In this document: positions 27,508-35,610 of the stretch, in pieces
How positions within the stretch are numbered: position 1 is the stretch's first letter
How the letters are laid out: each line of letters starts with the position of its first letter
From: a virus
Taxonomy: Duplodnaviria > Caudoviricetes
Virus record (IMG/VR): IMGVR_UViG_3300034071_001727
Coordinates: 460 to 64,459 of that record
Reading direction: 5' to 3' (one strand)
DNA: 64,000 bases
Notes under the pieces: generated by a model
Seen by the model: the letters and a program-made list of their open reading frames with translations, nothing else
What the model was told of the DNA's origin: nothing
Database searches by the model: none
Position numbers and translations under genes: made by a program

Positions 27508-28378
27508 AACCCCGCAGCCCGCAAACATCGGCGACGTGCACAGCAACGAGCCCGGCAGCGGCGCGCGCTACAACGCCGGCAAACCGGCCTTCGAGCTGGT
27601 GCCCCTGGTCGCGCTGGAAGATTGCGCGAAGGTGTTCGACTACGGGCGCCAGAGGTACGCGCCGTGGGATTGGGCCAAGGGCATGCCGTGGAGCGCCCCG
27701 CTTGGCTGCCTGCTACGCCACCTGAGCGCGTGGCAGCGCGGCGAGGACAACGACCCGGAGAGCGGCCTTCCGCATCTGGGCCACGTCATGGCCAACCTGG
27801 TCATGCTCACGACCTACGCGCGGACCTACCCGCAGGGGGATGACCGGACGGAGTGGCTGAAGGAAGCCGCGGCGCAGAAGGAGCCGCCGGATCGAATTAG
27901 ACCCGAGTGCGGCACCGGCTACCTCGCCCGCTGGGCCAATGCGCCAGAGTGGGCGCAGTGGCTATCTCAAGACGCCGATGGCGCATGCGCATTTAGGGCC
28001 GACAAGCCTTTTCTTCACAGAGACTTTTTCCGTCCTGAAAGCTCGTGTTGGAGAGGCGGGCACATGTACCAGTTTACCCGCAGCAACCTCCTCGGCCGCG
28101 TCGCCTGCGAGCCGCGGCCGGAGAATGTGATCGACCCTAAGCGAGAGGCGTACCTGAAGCGCTGGAATCAAATCCCACAGTGGGCGAATTACCTAACTCA
28201 AGACGTGAACGGAGCCAATACCATCTGGGCACATCGGCCGGAGAAGTCGCCACTCGGGGATACATGGGTTGTTTCAAGCAACGAGCCGAATAGCAGATTC
28301 TCCCATTTCTTCGACGACGGCCACGCGCTTGGTCTGGGCTATTTCGGCTGCGAAGTGCGCCCGGGGCTCACGCCGTGA
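27497..28378 (+). CDS. DUF5664 dATP/dGTP diphosphohydrolase-like domain fused to two APEWA-type repeats
   Basis: GARYNAGKP..W.KG..RHL.AW..GED.DPESGLPHLGH; WANAPEWAQWLSQDADG and WNQIPQWANYLTQDVNG. Confidence 0.8.
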   Translation: MKSETPQPANIGDVHSNEPGSGARYNAGKPAFELVPLVALEDCAKVFDYGRQRYAPWDWAKGMPWSAPLGCLLRHLSAWQRGEDNDPESGLPHLGHVMANLVMLTTYARTYPQGDDRTEWLKEAAAQKEPPDRIRPECGTGYLARWANAPEWAQWLSQDADGACAFRADKPFLHRDFFRPESSCWRGGHMYQFTRSNLLGRVACEPRPENVIDPKREAYLKRWNQIPQWANYLTQDVNGANTIWAHRPEKSPLGDTWVVSSNEPNSRFSHFFDDGHALGLGYFGCEVRPGLTP

Positions 28379-29853
28379 GCGCTGAGCTTCAACTGCGCCC
28401 TATCCCATCCAGCCGCGAAGCCGAAGAGGCCTTGCTTGGCGGCCTTCTGCTGTCGCCGAAGGCGCTGGCGAGGATCGCCGACATCGTGCAGCCGGATGAT
28501 TTCTTCTACGGCGGCAATGGCGCCCTGTATGCCGAGCTGCGCCGCGCCATCGCCGAGCTGCCGGCCGACGACTCGACCACGATCGACGCCCTGACGATTG
28601 CAGAGCGCATCGAGGGTACGAAGCTGCACAAGGATTGGGGCTGGGGCGTCGGTGAGCTGCTGGAGCTGTCAAGCCACACCCCTGGCGCGGCCAACATCCG
28701 GGCCTACGCTGAAATCGTCCGGGAGCACAGCGCGAAGCGGCAGCTGCTGGACGTCTACATGCGGGCCGTCAACGCGCTCTACGACGACCGCACTCGCGGG
28801 GCGGCCGAGATTGCAGCCGAGATCCAGCGCGCGACGCTGCACATCACCGCGCGCGCGGATCGAGGGACAGGGCTTCGCCCACTGCGCGACTTCCTGCGCG
28901 AGTGGTTCGCTCTCCTGCAGCAGCGCTACCACGCCGGCATCACCATGACCGGCCTGCCGAGCCCTTGGCCGAGCATCGATGCGCTGACGTTCGGCTGGCA
29001 GCAGGAACACCTGATCACGGTAGGCGCTAGGCCGGGCATGGGCAAAACCATATTCGGCTGGGAACAGGCCGTGCACAGCGGCATGTTGGGCATGCGCACC
29101 GCAATCTTCTCGCTGGAAATGGGCGGCACTGAGCTTGCGCAGCGCGCTGTGTCGTCGCGCGGGCGAGTGCCTTGGGACTTCCTGCGCAGCCCGCGTGCCT
29201 GGACGCGCGGTGACGACGACGAGTTTTGGTCGCGTACCGCTGCTGTGGTTTCCCAGCTCGCCGACGGCAAGATTTTGATTGACGAGACGCCAAGCCTCGC
29301 CATCGGGCAGATCGAGGCCCGCTCCGAGCGGGCTCACATGGACGAGCCACTTTCCTGCGTCGTGATCGACCACATCCACCTGATGGACGCGGAGCAGAAG
29401 AGCAACCAGAACCAGGCCGATGCGCTCGCGAAGATCAGCGGAGGCCTCAAGCGGCTGGCCAAGCGCCTGCACATCCCCGTGATCGCGCTCGCGCAGCTGA
29501 ACCGACAGAACACCCAGCGCACCGACAAGCGCCCGACCATGGCCGACCTGCGCAACTCCGGCGCGATCGAGCAGGACAGCGACATCGTGCTGCTGCTGCA
29601 TCGAGAGGACTACTACCAGCCGCCTGGCGCCGCTAGGACGCACCGCACGGACGTCATCATCGGCAAGGGCCGCAGCCTGCCTGCCGGCGAGGCGATCACG
29701 CTCAAGGACCGGTACGACGAAATGCGGCTGGAAGAGTGGGGCGAGGGCGGGCCGCCTGCGATCGAGGAAGAGCGCTCGGGGCCGCTGGCGCGCACCGGCA
29801 CACGGTGGGGGCAGCGCGGATCGAAGGCGCGCGACAGGGGAGACTCAGAATGA
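28375..29853 (+). CDS. dnaB: DnaB-like replicative helicase
   Basis: GARPGMGKT, FSLEM, AQLNR, DLRNSGAIEQDSD. Confidence 0.95.
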   Translation: MSAELQLRPIPSSREAEEALLGGLLLSPKALARIADIVQPDDFFYGGNGALYAELRRAIAELPADDSTTIDALTIAERIEGTKLHKDWGWGVGELLELSSHTPGAANIRAYAEIVREHSAKRQLLDVYMRAVNALYDDRTRGAAEIAAEIQRATLHITARADRGTGLRPLRDFLREWFALLQQRYHAGITMTGLPSPWPSIDALTFGWQQEHLITVGARPGMGKTIFGWEQAVHSGMLGMRTAIFSLEMGGTELAQRAVSSRGRVPWDFLRSPRAWTRGDDDEFWSRTAAVVSQLADGKILIDETPSLAIGQIEARSERAHMDEPLSCVVIDHIHLMDAEQKSNQNQADALAKISGGLKRLAKRLHIPVIALAQLNRQNTQRTDKRPTMADLRNSGAIEQDSDIVLLLHREDYYQPPGAARTHRTDVIIGKGRSLPAGEAITLKDRYDEMRLEEWGEGGPPAIEEERSGPLARTGTRWGQRGSKARDRGDSE

Positions 29854-30245
29854 AGGCCGTCATCGTCAACAGGGACATGGAGCCGATCACGAGCGTCGAT
29901 TTAACGCCCGGAATGGTCAGGATTCTGCAGGATCATCGCGGCCAGCTGGTGCTGTCCTGCATGGACAGGCCAAAGCCCGACTACGATCCGATCGCGATGC
30001 CGTTGCGATTGAGCATGCGCACCGTTCACCTGCGCGCACTGGTGCCGCAGCTGACCATCCTGCAGACCGACGATGAAGTGGATGCGCTCACCCTGGACGC
30101 CGTATTCCTGGCTGGCCAGCAGTCCGCAGTCAACGCGGTACACGAGCGCGGGCGCGTGCAAGGCTTTGGACAAGGGCTCAGGGCCATGGGGACGATTGCC
30201 AGTCAGCTGCGCCGCGGTCTGCAACAGAAGGGCGAGGACGACTGA
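29850..30245 (+). CDS. Hypothetical protein
   Basis: GGAG SD, ATGA coupling. Confidence 0.65.
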   Translation: MKAVIVNRDMEPITSVDLTPGMVRILQDHRGQLVLSCMDRPKPDYDPIAMPLRLSMRTVHLRALVPQLTILQTDDEVDALTLDAVFLAGQQSAVNAVHERGRVQGFGQGLRAMGTIASQLRRGLQQKGEDD

Positions 30246-30601
30246 TGGCGATCGCCGAGTATCTGATCCCCTGCAAAACGCCCAACCCGACGCGGGGTTC
30301 GCAAGGCAGCTGGCGGGCAGCGGCAGCTCGGCGCAAGCGCCAGCGCCGCGACGCGGCCTACCTGACGCCACGGCGCCTGCGCGCCCCGTGCGTCGTTCAG
30401 ATGACGCGCTTGAGCCCCGGCGAACTCGACGACGACAACCTGCGGCCGGCTCTCAAGAGCATCCGCGACGGCATCGCTGACGCGCTTGGCATCGATGACC
30501 GCGACCCGGCAGTGCGCTGGGAGTACGCCCAGGCTCGATGCAAGCGCGGGGACGAGGGTGTGCGGGTGCGGATCACCAACGGCAAGGACTTGAGCCCATG
30601 A
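30245..30601 (+). CDS. RusA-like Holliday junction resolvase
   Basis: LDDDNL..ALKSIRDGIADALGIDD. Confidence 0.8.
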   Translation: MAIAEYLIPCKTPNPTRGSQGSWRAAAARRKRQRRDAAYLTPRRLRAPCVVQMTRLSPGELDDDNLRPALKSIRDGIADALGIDDRDPAVRWEYAQARCKRGDEGVRVRITNGKDLSP

Positions 30602-31197
30602 GCGCCGCGGAACGCCTGCTGTGCATGCTCAACCCCGGCGCGATGAACCCGCTGCGCTTGCAGGAGGGCAGCAGCAGCACCAGCCCCATGCGGACAGATG
30701 CGATGCAGGTTCGCGCGGCCCTGGAGGCCATGCGCCCGCGCGTGCTGTGCACGGCCCTGCTGCTGCGACACATCCCCGAAATGATCCACACCGAAGAGCT
30801 CCGCGTGTACCAGCTGCATCTGCTGTCGGAGCTCCAGGAGCGCCAGCGCAAGGAGCGCCATTGGACGCGGCGGCTGCTGCAGCAGGCCGCGATCGTGCGC
30901 GCGGCAGTCGCCGAGACAGTGAGCCCTGAGCGCGTGTGCAGGGCATGCGCAGGCGAGGGCACCGTGCCGGTACGTGTGCGCGGCCTGATCGTGCGCACCG
31001 AGCCGTGCCAAGCCTGCGACGGGACCGGCCTGCGCCGCTGGCGGCCATCCAAGCGCCGGCGCGCTGCAGGGATCAAGAGTGAGAGCACCTGGCTTCGCAG
31101 CTGCGCCGACCCGCACGACTGGCTGGTGCGCTACATCGAGCAGCACCAGCGCGAGGGCGAGCGCGTGCTGATTCGGACGCTAGGGCGTGAACAATAG
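30598..31197 (+). CDS. Lambda Q-like late antiterminator
   Basis: CRACAGEG..CQACDGTG zinc finger; position between RusA and lysis genes. Confidence 0.75.
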   Translation: MSAAERLLCMLNPGAMNPLRLQEGSSSTSPMRTDAMQVRAALEAMRPRVLCTALLLRHIPEMIHTEELRVYQLHLLSELQERQRKERHWTRRLLQQAAIVRAAVAETVSPERVCRACAGEGTVPVRVRGLIVRTEPCQACDGTGLRRWRPSKRRRAAGIKSESTWLRSCADPHDWLVRYIEQHQREGERVLIRTLGREQ

Positions 31198-31207
31198 TCA
31201 CAGATCG

Positions 31208-31245
31208 CTAAACCGGTTGACTAAACCGGTATAAGTGCGCAATAT
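31208..31245 (+). promoter_or_regulatory. Sigma70 promoter overlapped by two CTAAACCGGT direct repeats
   Basis: TTGACT(31217)-17-CAATAT(31240); repeats at 31208 and 31221. Confidence 0.65.
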
Positions 31246-31285
31246 GCTCCCACGCCAGCAAAAGCTGGACTCACGGGAGACGGAC

Positions 31286-31522
31286 ATGAGCGCATGCGAC
31301 CACGTTTTCACAGCTACCTTCGCCCATGGCGGGAGCGATTCGCCGGGACGAATCACGCTGGATGCAGCAACCGAATCTGAGGCTATCGCTGAGGCAAACG
31401 CTTTCGTCGTTGCCGGGATGCGCAATGGCACATGGATCAACGTGACGCTTCCCGACGGCGCTTACGCCGCAAGGAACGTTCACGGAAAAGCGGTCGGAGC
31501 AACGACAAGGCACTCAGCATGA
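31286..31522 (+). CDS. Moron hypothetical protein 1
   Basis: GGGAG SD. Confidence 0.65.
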   Translation: MSACDHVFTATFAHGGSDSPGRITLDAATESEAIAEANAFVVAGMRNGTWINVTLPDGAYAARNVHGKAVGATTRHSA

Positions 31523-31737
31523 GCGCCTTCGACAAAGCACTGGCCGACTTCATCGCGGTCGCGCGCGCCGAGCTGGAGCTGAAAACCAGCGCGAAGAGCA
31601 TCGCGTACACGTTCGCAGACGGTGTGCGCCTGCTTTCACCTGACGACGAAGACGACGCGGACGACACGGATGCGCTTGGGCATGCCCTTGAAGCCGCTGC
31701 CTACAAGATGACTGACACCGAACATGCCGAAGCGTAA
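31519..31737 (+). CDS. Moron hypothetical protein 2 (acidic)
   Basis: ATGA coupling; PDDEDDADDTD. Confidence 0.6.
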   Translation: MSAFDKALADFIAVARAELELKTSAKSIAYTFADGVRLLSPDDEDDADDTDALGHALEAAAYKMTDTEHAEA

Positions 31738-31933
31738 GCCCAAGCAGCAATCGGCATACAGCATGGCAACGCGCTCACGCGCGATCCAGGGTGGCGCCCA
31801 GCGGATCGAGGTCATGTTTCCGCCAGACGACATGCAGCGGCTTGAAGCGCTCAAGGCCGCAGGCTTCGCAGACAGCTCAGCCGAGTGCATTCGGCGCGCA
31901 GTGCGCGAGGCAGCAACCGGTGTTGACAAGTGA
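31724..31933 (+). CDS. Ribbon-helix-helix (CopG-like) protein
   Basis: QRIEVMFP..DMQRLEAL..G..SSAECIRRAV pattern. Confidence 0.7.
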   Translation: MPKRKPKQQSAYSMATRSRAIQGGAQRIEVMFPPDDMQRLEALKAAGFADSSAECIRRAVREAATGVDK

Positions 31934-31953
31934 CGGTTTTTGCCCCCTAATTT
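31923..31953 (+). promoter_or_regulatory. Candidate late promoter pR'
   Basis: TTGACA-19-TAATTT (long spacer) followed by a terminator, just before the lysis genes. Confidence 0.4.
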
Positions 31954-31978
31954 GCCCATCCTGACCGTTCTCTGCCTG

Positions 31979-32013
31979 ACGCCCCGCCCTAAACCGGCGG
32001 GGCGTTTGCTTTT
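31979..32013 (+). terminator. Intrinsic terminator (tR'-like) before the lysis cassette
   Basis: ACGCCCCGCC-CTAAACC-GGCGGGGCGT-TTGCTTTT. Confidence 0.8.
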
Positions 32014-32024
32014 GGGGGTGCCAA

Positions 32025-32306
32025 ATGTTTGAGCTGAAAGGGAAAACCCGTTGGGCCATTGTTCTGGGCCTGTGCTTTCTCGCCGGATGCGCAGCGTGGC
32101 TGCTGATGGACTGGTCCGGCTACGTCCAAGGCTGGATCGGCTCGACCTTCCGCGCTGCCTCAGGCGGCGTGATCGGGTGGGCGGTCAGCCGATACGTGGT
32201 GCGGCTGGACCTGTCCTCACTGCCATCGGAGCAGCGACCGCTTGCCGGTCTGTCGCAAGCGCTGTTGATTGCCGGCTTCGCTGTTGCGGTCGCTGTCGGG
32301 GTCTGA
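32025..32306 (+). CDS. Putative holin (2-3 TM)
   Basis: Small hydrophobic protein immediately before the endolysin. Confidence 0.65.
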   Translation: MFELKGKTRWAIVLGLCFLAGCAAWLLMDWSGYVQGWIGSTFRAASGGVIGWAVSRYVVRLDLSSLPSEQRPLAGLSQALLIAGFAVAVAVGV

Positions 32307-32309
32307 GTC

Positions 32310-32984
32310 GTGCAGCCTGGACGTCACGACAGCCGCGTAGCGTGGCTGGTGGTCCTGCTATGCGGCGCGCTGATCGCCATCGCCTGGTCGACGGCGCCCA
32401 AGGCCGCTCCGCGTGTGTCAACCCACGTTAATCAGTCCCCGCCAGCCGCGGCCGAGCAGTATCGAGCCGCGATGACGCGGAGCGCATACCGCATCCATGG
32501 GCCGTCAGCGCCTGTCGCAATGCTCGCCGGGCAGATCCACCAGGAAAGCGCGTGGCAGCCGCAGGCGCGCTCCCGGGTGGGTGCCGAGGGCCTGGCGCAG
32601 TTCATGCCCGGCACAGCCGCAGACATGGCCGCACGCTTCCCCGCGGACTGCGCACCCGCCAACCCGTTCAGCCCAGCATGGGCCTTCGTGTGCCGCGATC
32701 GATACATGGCAGGCCTGCGCAGGCAGCTGCAGAGCCAAGGCAGCGGGCTAGGCGAGTGCGCACGGTGGGTGTTCGCCCTGCGGGCCTACAACGGCGGCAT
32801 GGGGTGGGTCATCCGCGACAGGCGCAAGGCCAGCGCAGCCGGAGCGGATGCCGACGACTGGATCATCGTGCAGGGCTTCAACGCCGGCCGATCAGCCGCG
32901 AACTTCCGCGAGAACACAGAGTACGCGCCGCGCATCCTGCGCTTGCAGGAGCGGTATCGCGGATGGGGCGCCGAGGCCTGCTGA
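32310..32984 (+). CDS. SLT transglycosylase endolysin with N-terminal signal-anchor
   Basis: QIHQESAW..SRVGAEGLAQFMP..AYNGG..ENTEY; N-terminal hydrophobic helix. Confidence 0.9.
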   Translation: MQPGRHDSRVAWLVVLLCGALIAIAWSTAPKAAPRVSTHVNQSPPAAAEQYRAAMTRSAYRIHGPSAPVAMLAGQIHQESAWQPQARSRVGAEGLAQFMPGTAADMAARFPADCAPANPFSPAWAFVCRDRYMAGLRRQLQSQGSGLGECARWVFALRAYNGGMGWVIRDRRKASAAGADADDWIIVQGFNAGRSAANFRENTEYAPRILRLQERYRGWGAEAC

Positions 32985-33544
32985 TGGACGCCGCGCTGAT
33001 CTTCGATTGGGCCAAGGCCATCGCCGCCGTGGCCGCTGCTGTCGCCGCCCTCGTGGCGCTTGGGAGGTGGGTGCGTGGCAGGGCGCAGAAGCTGATGGGG
33101 CCAGTCAAAGAAGCGCTCGCCGCGCTCAAGCTGATCCCAAAGCTGGTTTCGAAGATGGACGAAATCAGCCACAAACTCATGCTGGCCGAGGCGGAGAATC
33201 GCGCCCTGGCAGACAGTGACCCGCACATCGCCCGTTTCACATGCGGCGAAGGCGGATCGAACGAATACGTCAACGCCACATACGCGCGATGGCTCGAAGT
33301 CTCCCGTTCGGACCTGATGGGCTGGCGCTGGCTGTCGTATGTGCCCGAAGCCGACCGCGATCGGCTGCGCGAAGAGTGGGAAACCGCACGCGTCGAGCGG
33401 CGCGTGTATCGCGTCAGGCACGCAATGCAGACCGCCTACGGTCGACTGATCTACGTAGACACCACAGTCACCCCCGTCCCCGAGGACGGTCCCGTGCATC
33501 GCTGGATCGGCGTCATGCGCCGAGTCGAGCACTCAGCAGAGTAG
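32984..33544 (+). CDS. Membrane-anchored PAS/PAC domain protein in the lysis cassette
   Basis: TM, then coiled coil, then YVNATYARWLEVSRSDLMGWRWLSYVPEADRDRLREEW..G.LIYV..WIGVMR; TGATG coupling. Confidence 0.8.
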   Translation: MDAALIFDWAKAIAAVAAAVAALVALGRWVRGRAQKLMGPVKEALAALKLIPKLVSKMDEISHKLMLAEAENRALADSDPHIARFTCGEGGSNEYVNATYARWLEVSRSDLMGWRWLSYVPEADRDRLREEWETARVERRVYRVRHAMQTAYGRLIYVDTTVTPVPEDGPVHRWIGVMRRVEHSAE

Positions 33545-33553
33545 GAGCAACCC

Positions 33554-34309
33554 ATGATCCGCATCATCATCGCGCTGGCCACCGTGCTGGCGCTGTCGGC
33601 GTGCGCGTCGACAAAGCTCAACCAGAACCACAAGGCAAGCACTGACGCGTACACGGCAGGACAGACTCAGCTGTCTGTCGCGATCCAGACGATCGCGGAC
33701 TCCAGCGCGTGCGGGGAAGACGGCCGTTGCGTCGAGAACGCAAAAGCGTTTGCCGCGCTTGCGCTGGCTGCCGCAGGCGCAGGCGGCGCGGCGGCACAGG
33801 TGCCCGTGTACGTGGAGCAGCACCACCCAGCGTGGGGCGTGCTCGGGAGTGTGCTCGGCGTTGGTCTACGCGAAACCGGCGCGACGATTCGATCCGAGCA
33901 CGCGCGCGACCAGTTCCTGGGGCAGGTCGAAGGACAGACGCGCATGTCCGAAGCCGCGTTCGGTCTGGGCGCTGCGGCCGTGGCAGGCGCAAGCCGAACT
34001 GCCGAGGCCTACGCAGGCGCGCTGCCTGGACTCGCGCCGTCCATCGTGGTTGGCGGGAACTACGGCGACACCGCCACCGCAGGCCGCGACATGTGGGGCA
34101 ACGACAACCGCGTGGGCGATGACACGCGCATCCGAACTGGCGCAATCAACACCGGCACACAGAACCGAGGCGGCGTGATCGGCAGCGGTCAGGTCGGCAA
34201 CGGCCGTCAGGGCTCGCCGGGTCCGTTCCGCGACATTGGCCCGCAGTGTCAGGGTGAGCAGTGCCAGCAGGTGACGCCACCGCCGCCGCCGGTTGATCCG
34301 GAGGGCTGA
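33554..34309 (+). CDS. Gly-rich lipoprotein of unknown function
   Basis: AGGAG SD; LSAC lipobox. Confidence 0.75.
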   Translation: MIRIIIALATVLALSACASTKLNQNHKASTDAYTAGQTQLSVAIQTIADSSACGEDGRCVENAKAFAALALAAAGAGGAAAQVPVYVEQHHPAWGVLGSVLGVGLRETGATIRSEHARDQFLGQVEGQTRMSEAAFGLGAAAVAGASRTAEAYAGALPGLAPSIVVGGNYGDTATAGRDMWGNDNRVGDDTRIRTGAINTGTQNRGGVIGSGQVGNGRQGSPGPFRDIGPQCQGEQCQQVTPPPPPVDPEG

Positions 34310-34311
34310 CC

Positions 34312-34662
34312 ATGCTGGTGCGAGCAATCATCACGTACATCGCCCTCGCGCTCTCGCTGCTGGCCAATGCCTGGCTGGTGGCCGGTCGCATGGGCGAGGA
34401 CAAGCGCACTACGCAGACCTGCAACCTGCGCGCGGCCGAGGCAAGCGTGGAAGTGCTGAAAAACCGCGTGGGCGTGCTCGACTGGCTGCTGGTGCAGACG
34501 GCAGCGGATCAGGCAGCAACGCTGGCAAGGCTTGATGCAGTCGCAGAGCGTGCGCGAGAGCGTGACGTGCGTTGGCTGCAGGCAGACGTGCCGACGCCAG
34601 CGTGCGGGCCTGGACAGGCCTTCATCGACGCGACGAATGCGACGCTGGGGCACGGGCAGTGA
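34312..34662 (+). CDS. Rz-like inner-membrane spanin
   Basis: N-terminal TM plus helical domain; precedes a lipoprotein gene. Confidence 0.6.
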   Translation: MLVRAIITYIALALSLLANAWLVAGRMGEDKRTTQTCNLRAAEASVEVLKNRVGVLDWLLVQTAADQAATLARLDAVAERARERDVRWLQADVPTPACGPGQAFIDATNATLGHGQ

Positions 34663-34994
34663 TGCGCATAGCGCTGCTGCTGATCGCTCTGGCGCTGGCC
34701 GGGTGCGATCGGAACAACGTGCGCCCGCAGATCGAGCCGCCGCAGCCGCTGGCGAACGTCTGCGATGCGGCGTGCATGACTCCATGCGACGACGCCAAGG
34801 CCGTGGCTCTGTGGCAATGCCCAGATCCGGACGCCGGTGAGTGCTGGAAGCTCCAGAACAGTCAAGTGATCAACCCGCTGGTCACGCTCGCAGAGCGCTG
34901 CGAGGTCAAGCGCGCGGCATGCGCGGCCTGCATCGAGCGCAGCGAGAACGCCAACGCTACATGCGGGACCGTGAAGCCGTGTGGCAAGGAGTGA
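34662..34994 (+). CDS. Rz1-like outer-membrane lipoprotein spanin
   Basis: MRIALLLIALALAGC lipobox; Pro/Cys-rich. Confidence 0.65.
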   Translation: MRIALLLIALALAGCDRNNVRPQIEPPQPLANVCDAACMTPCDDAKAVALWQCPDPDAGECWKLQNSQVINPLVTLAERCEVKRAACAACIERSENANATCGTVKPCGKE

Positions 34995-34998
34995 CACC

Positions 34999-35610
34999 GT
35001 GTCGACGCGAAAGAAGCCGCCCGCCAAGGGACGCAAAGCGCAGTCCGTCCGCAACGGGCTGAATCTCAAGCAAGCCGCGTTCGTTGCTGCCTACACGACC
35101 AACGGCGGGGACGGGAAGAGGGCAGCGCTCGCAGCCGGGTACGGTGAGAAGGGCGCAGAACAACAGGCTTCCAGGCTACTGACCATGCCGCGCGTGCGCG
35201 CCGAGGTGCAGCGCATCGCCGCAGCAGGCGCTGAGCGCGCTGAAATCACGGTCGAGCGGATCATGGACGAGCTCGCCCTGGGCGGGTTCGCGGACATCAC
35301 CGACTTTGTGGAGTGGGATGCACGCGGCGTGCGGCTCAAGCCGTCAAGGAAGCTCGATGCAGCCAAGCGACGCGCCATCGTCGAGGTCGCCGAGACGATG
35401 AACGGCGTCAAGATCAAGCTGATGAACAAGCTCGGGGCGCTGGAGCGCATGGGCCAGCAGATCGGCATGTTCAAGCACCAGGTCGAGCTGCCGAGCGATC
35501 CAGCGACAGGCCAGCCGCTGGGACTGATCCTCGTGCCGTACAAGGCCCCGGCCCCGACAGCACCACCGCCTGCGCCGCCTGAGCCCGCCGGCGGCGACGA
35601 TGGGGATTGA
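34999..35610 (+). CDS. terS: Terminase small subunit
   Basis: LNLKQAAFV..RAALAAGY..QASRLL..IKL.NKLGALE. Confidence 0.9.
   Translation: MSTRKKPPAKGRKAQSVRNGLNLKQAAFVAAYTTNGGDGKRAALAAGYGEKGAEQQASRLLTMPRVRAEVQRIAAAGAERAEITVERIMDELALGGFADITDFVEWDARGVRLKPSRKLDAAKRRAIVEVAETMNGVKIKLMNKLGALERMGQQIGMFKHQVELPSDPATGQPLGLILVPYKAPAPTAPPPAPPEPAGGDDGD

Noticed and set aside
25742-28378. Restriction-modification system or Z-base modification pathway
   Set aside because: No cognate endonuclease, PurZ or phage DNA polymerase was recognised; orphan MTases are common in temperate phages.
31195-31240. LexA/SOS box at the moron promoter
   Set aside because: It does not fit the CTGT-N8-ACAG or TTAG-N6-TACTA spacing.
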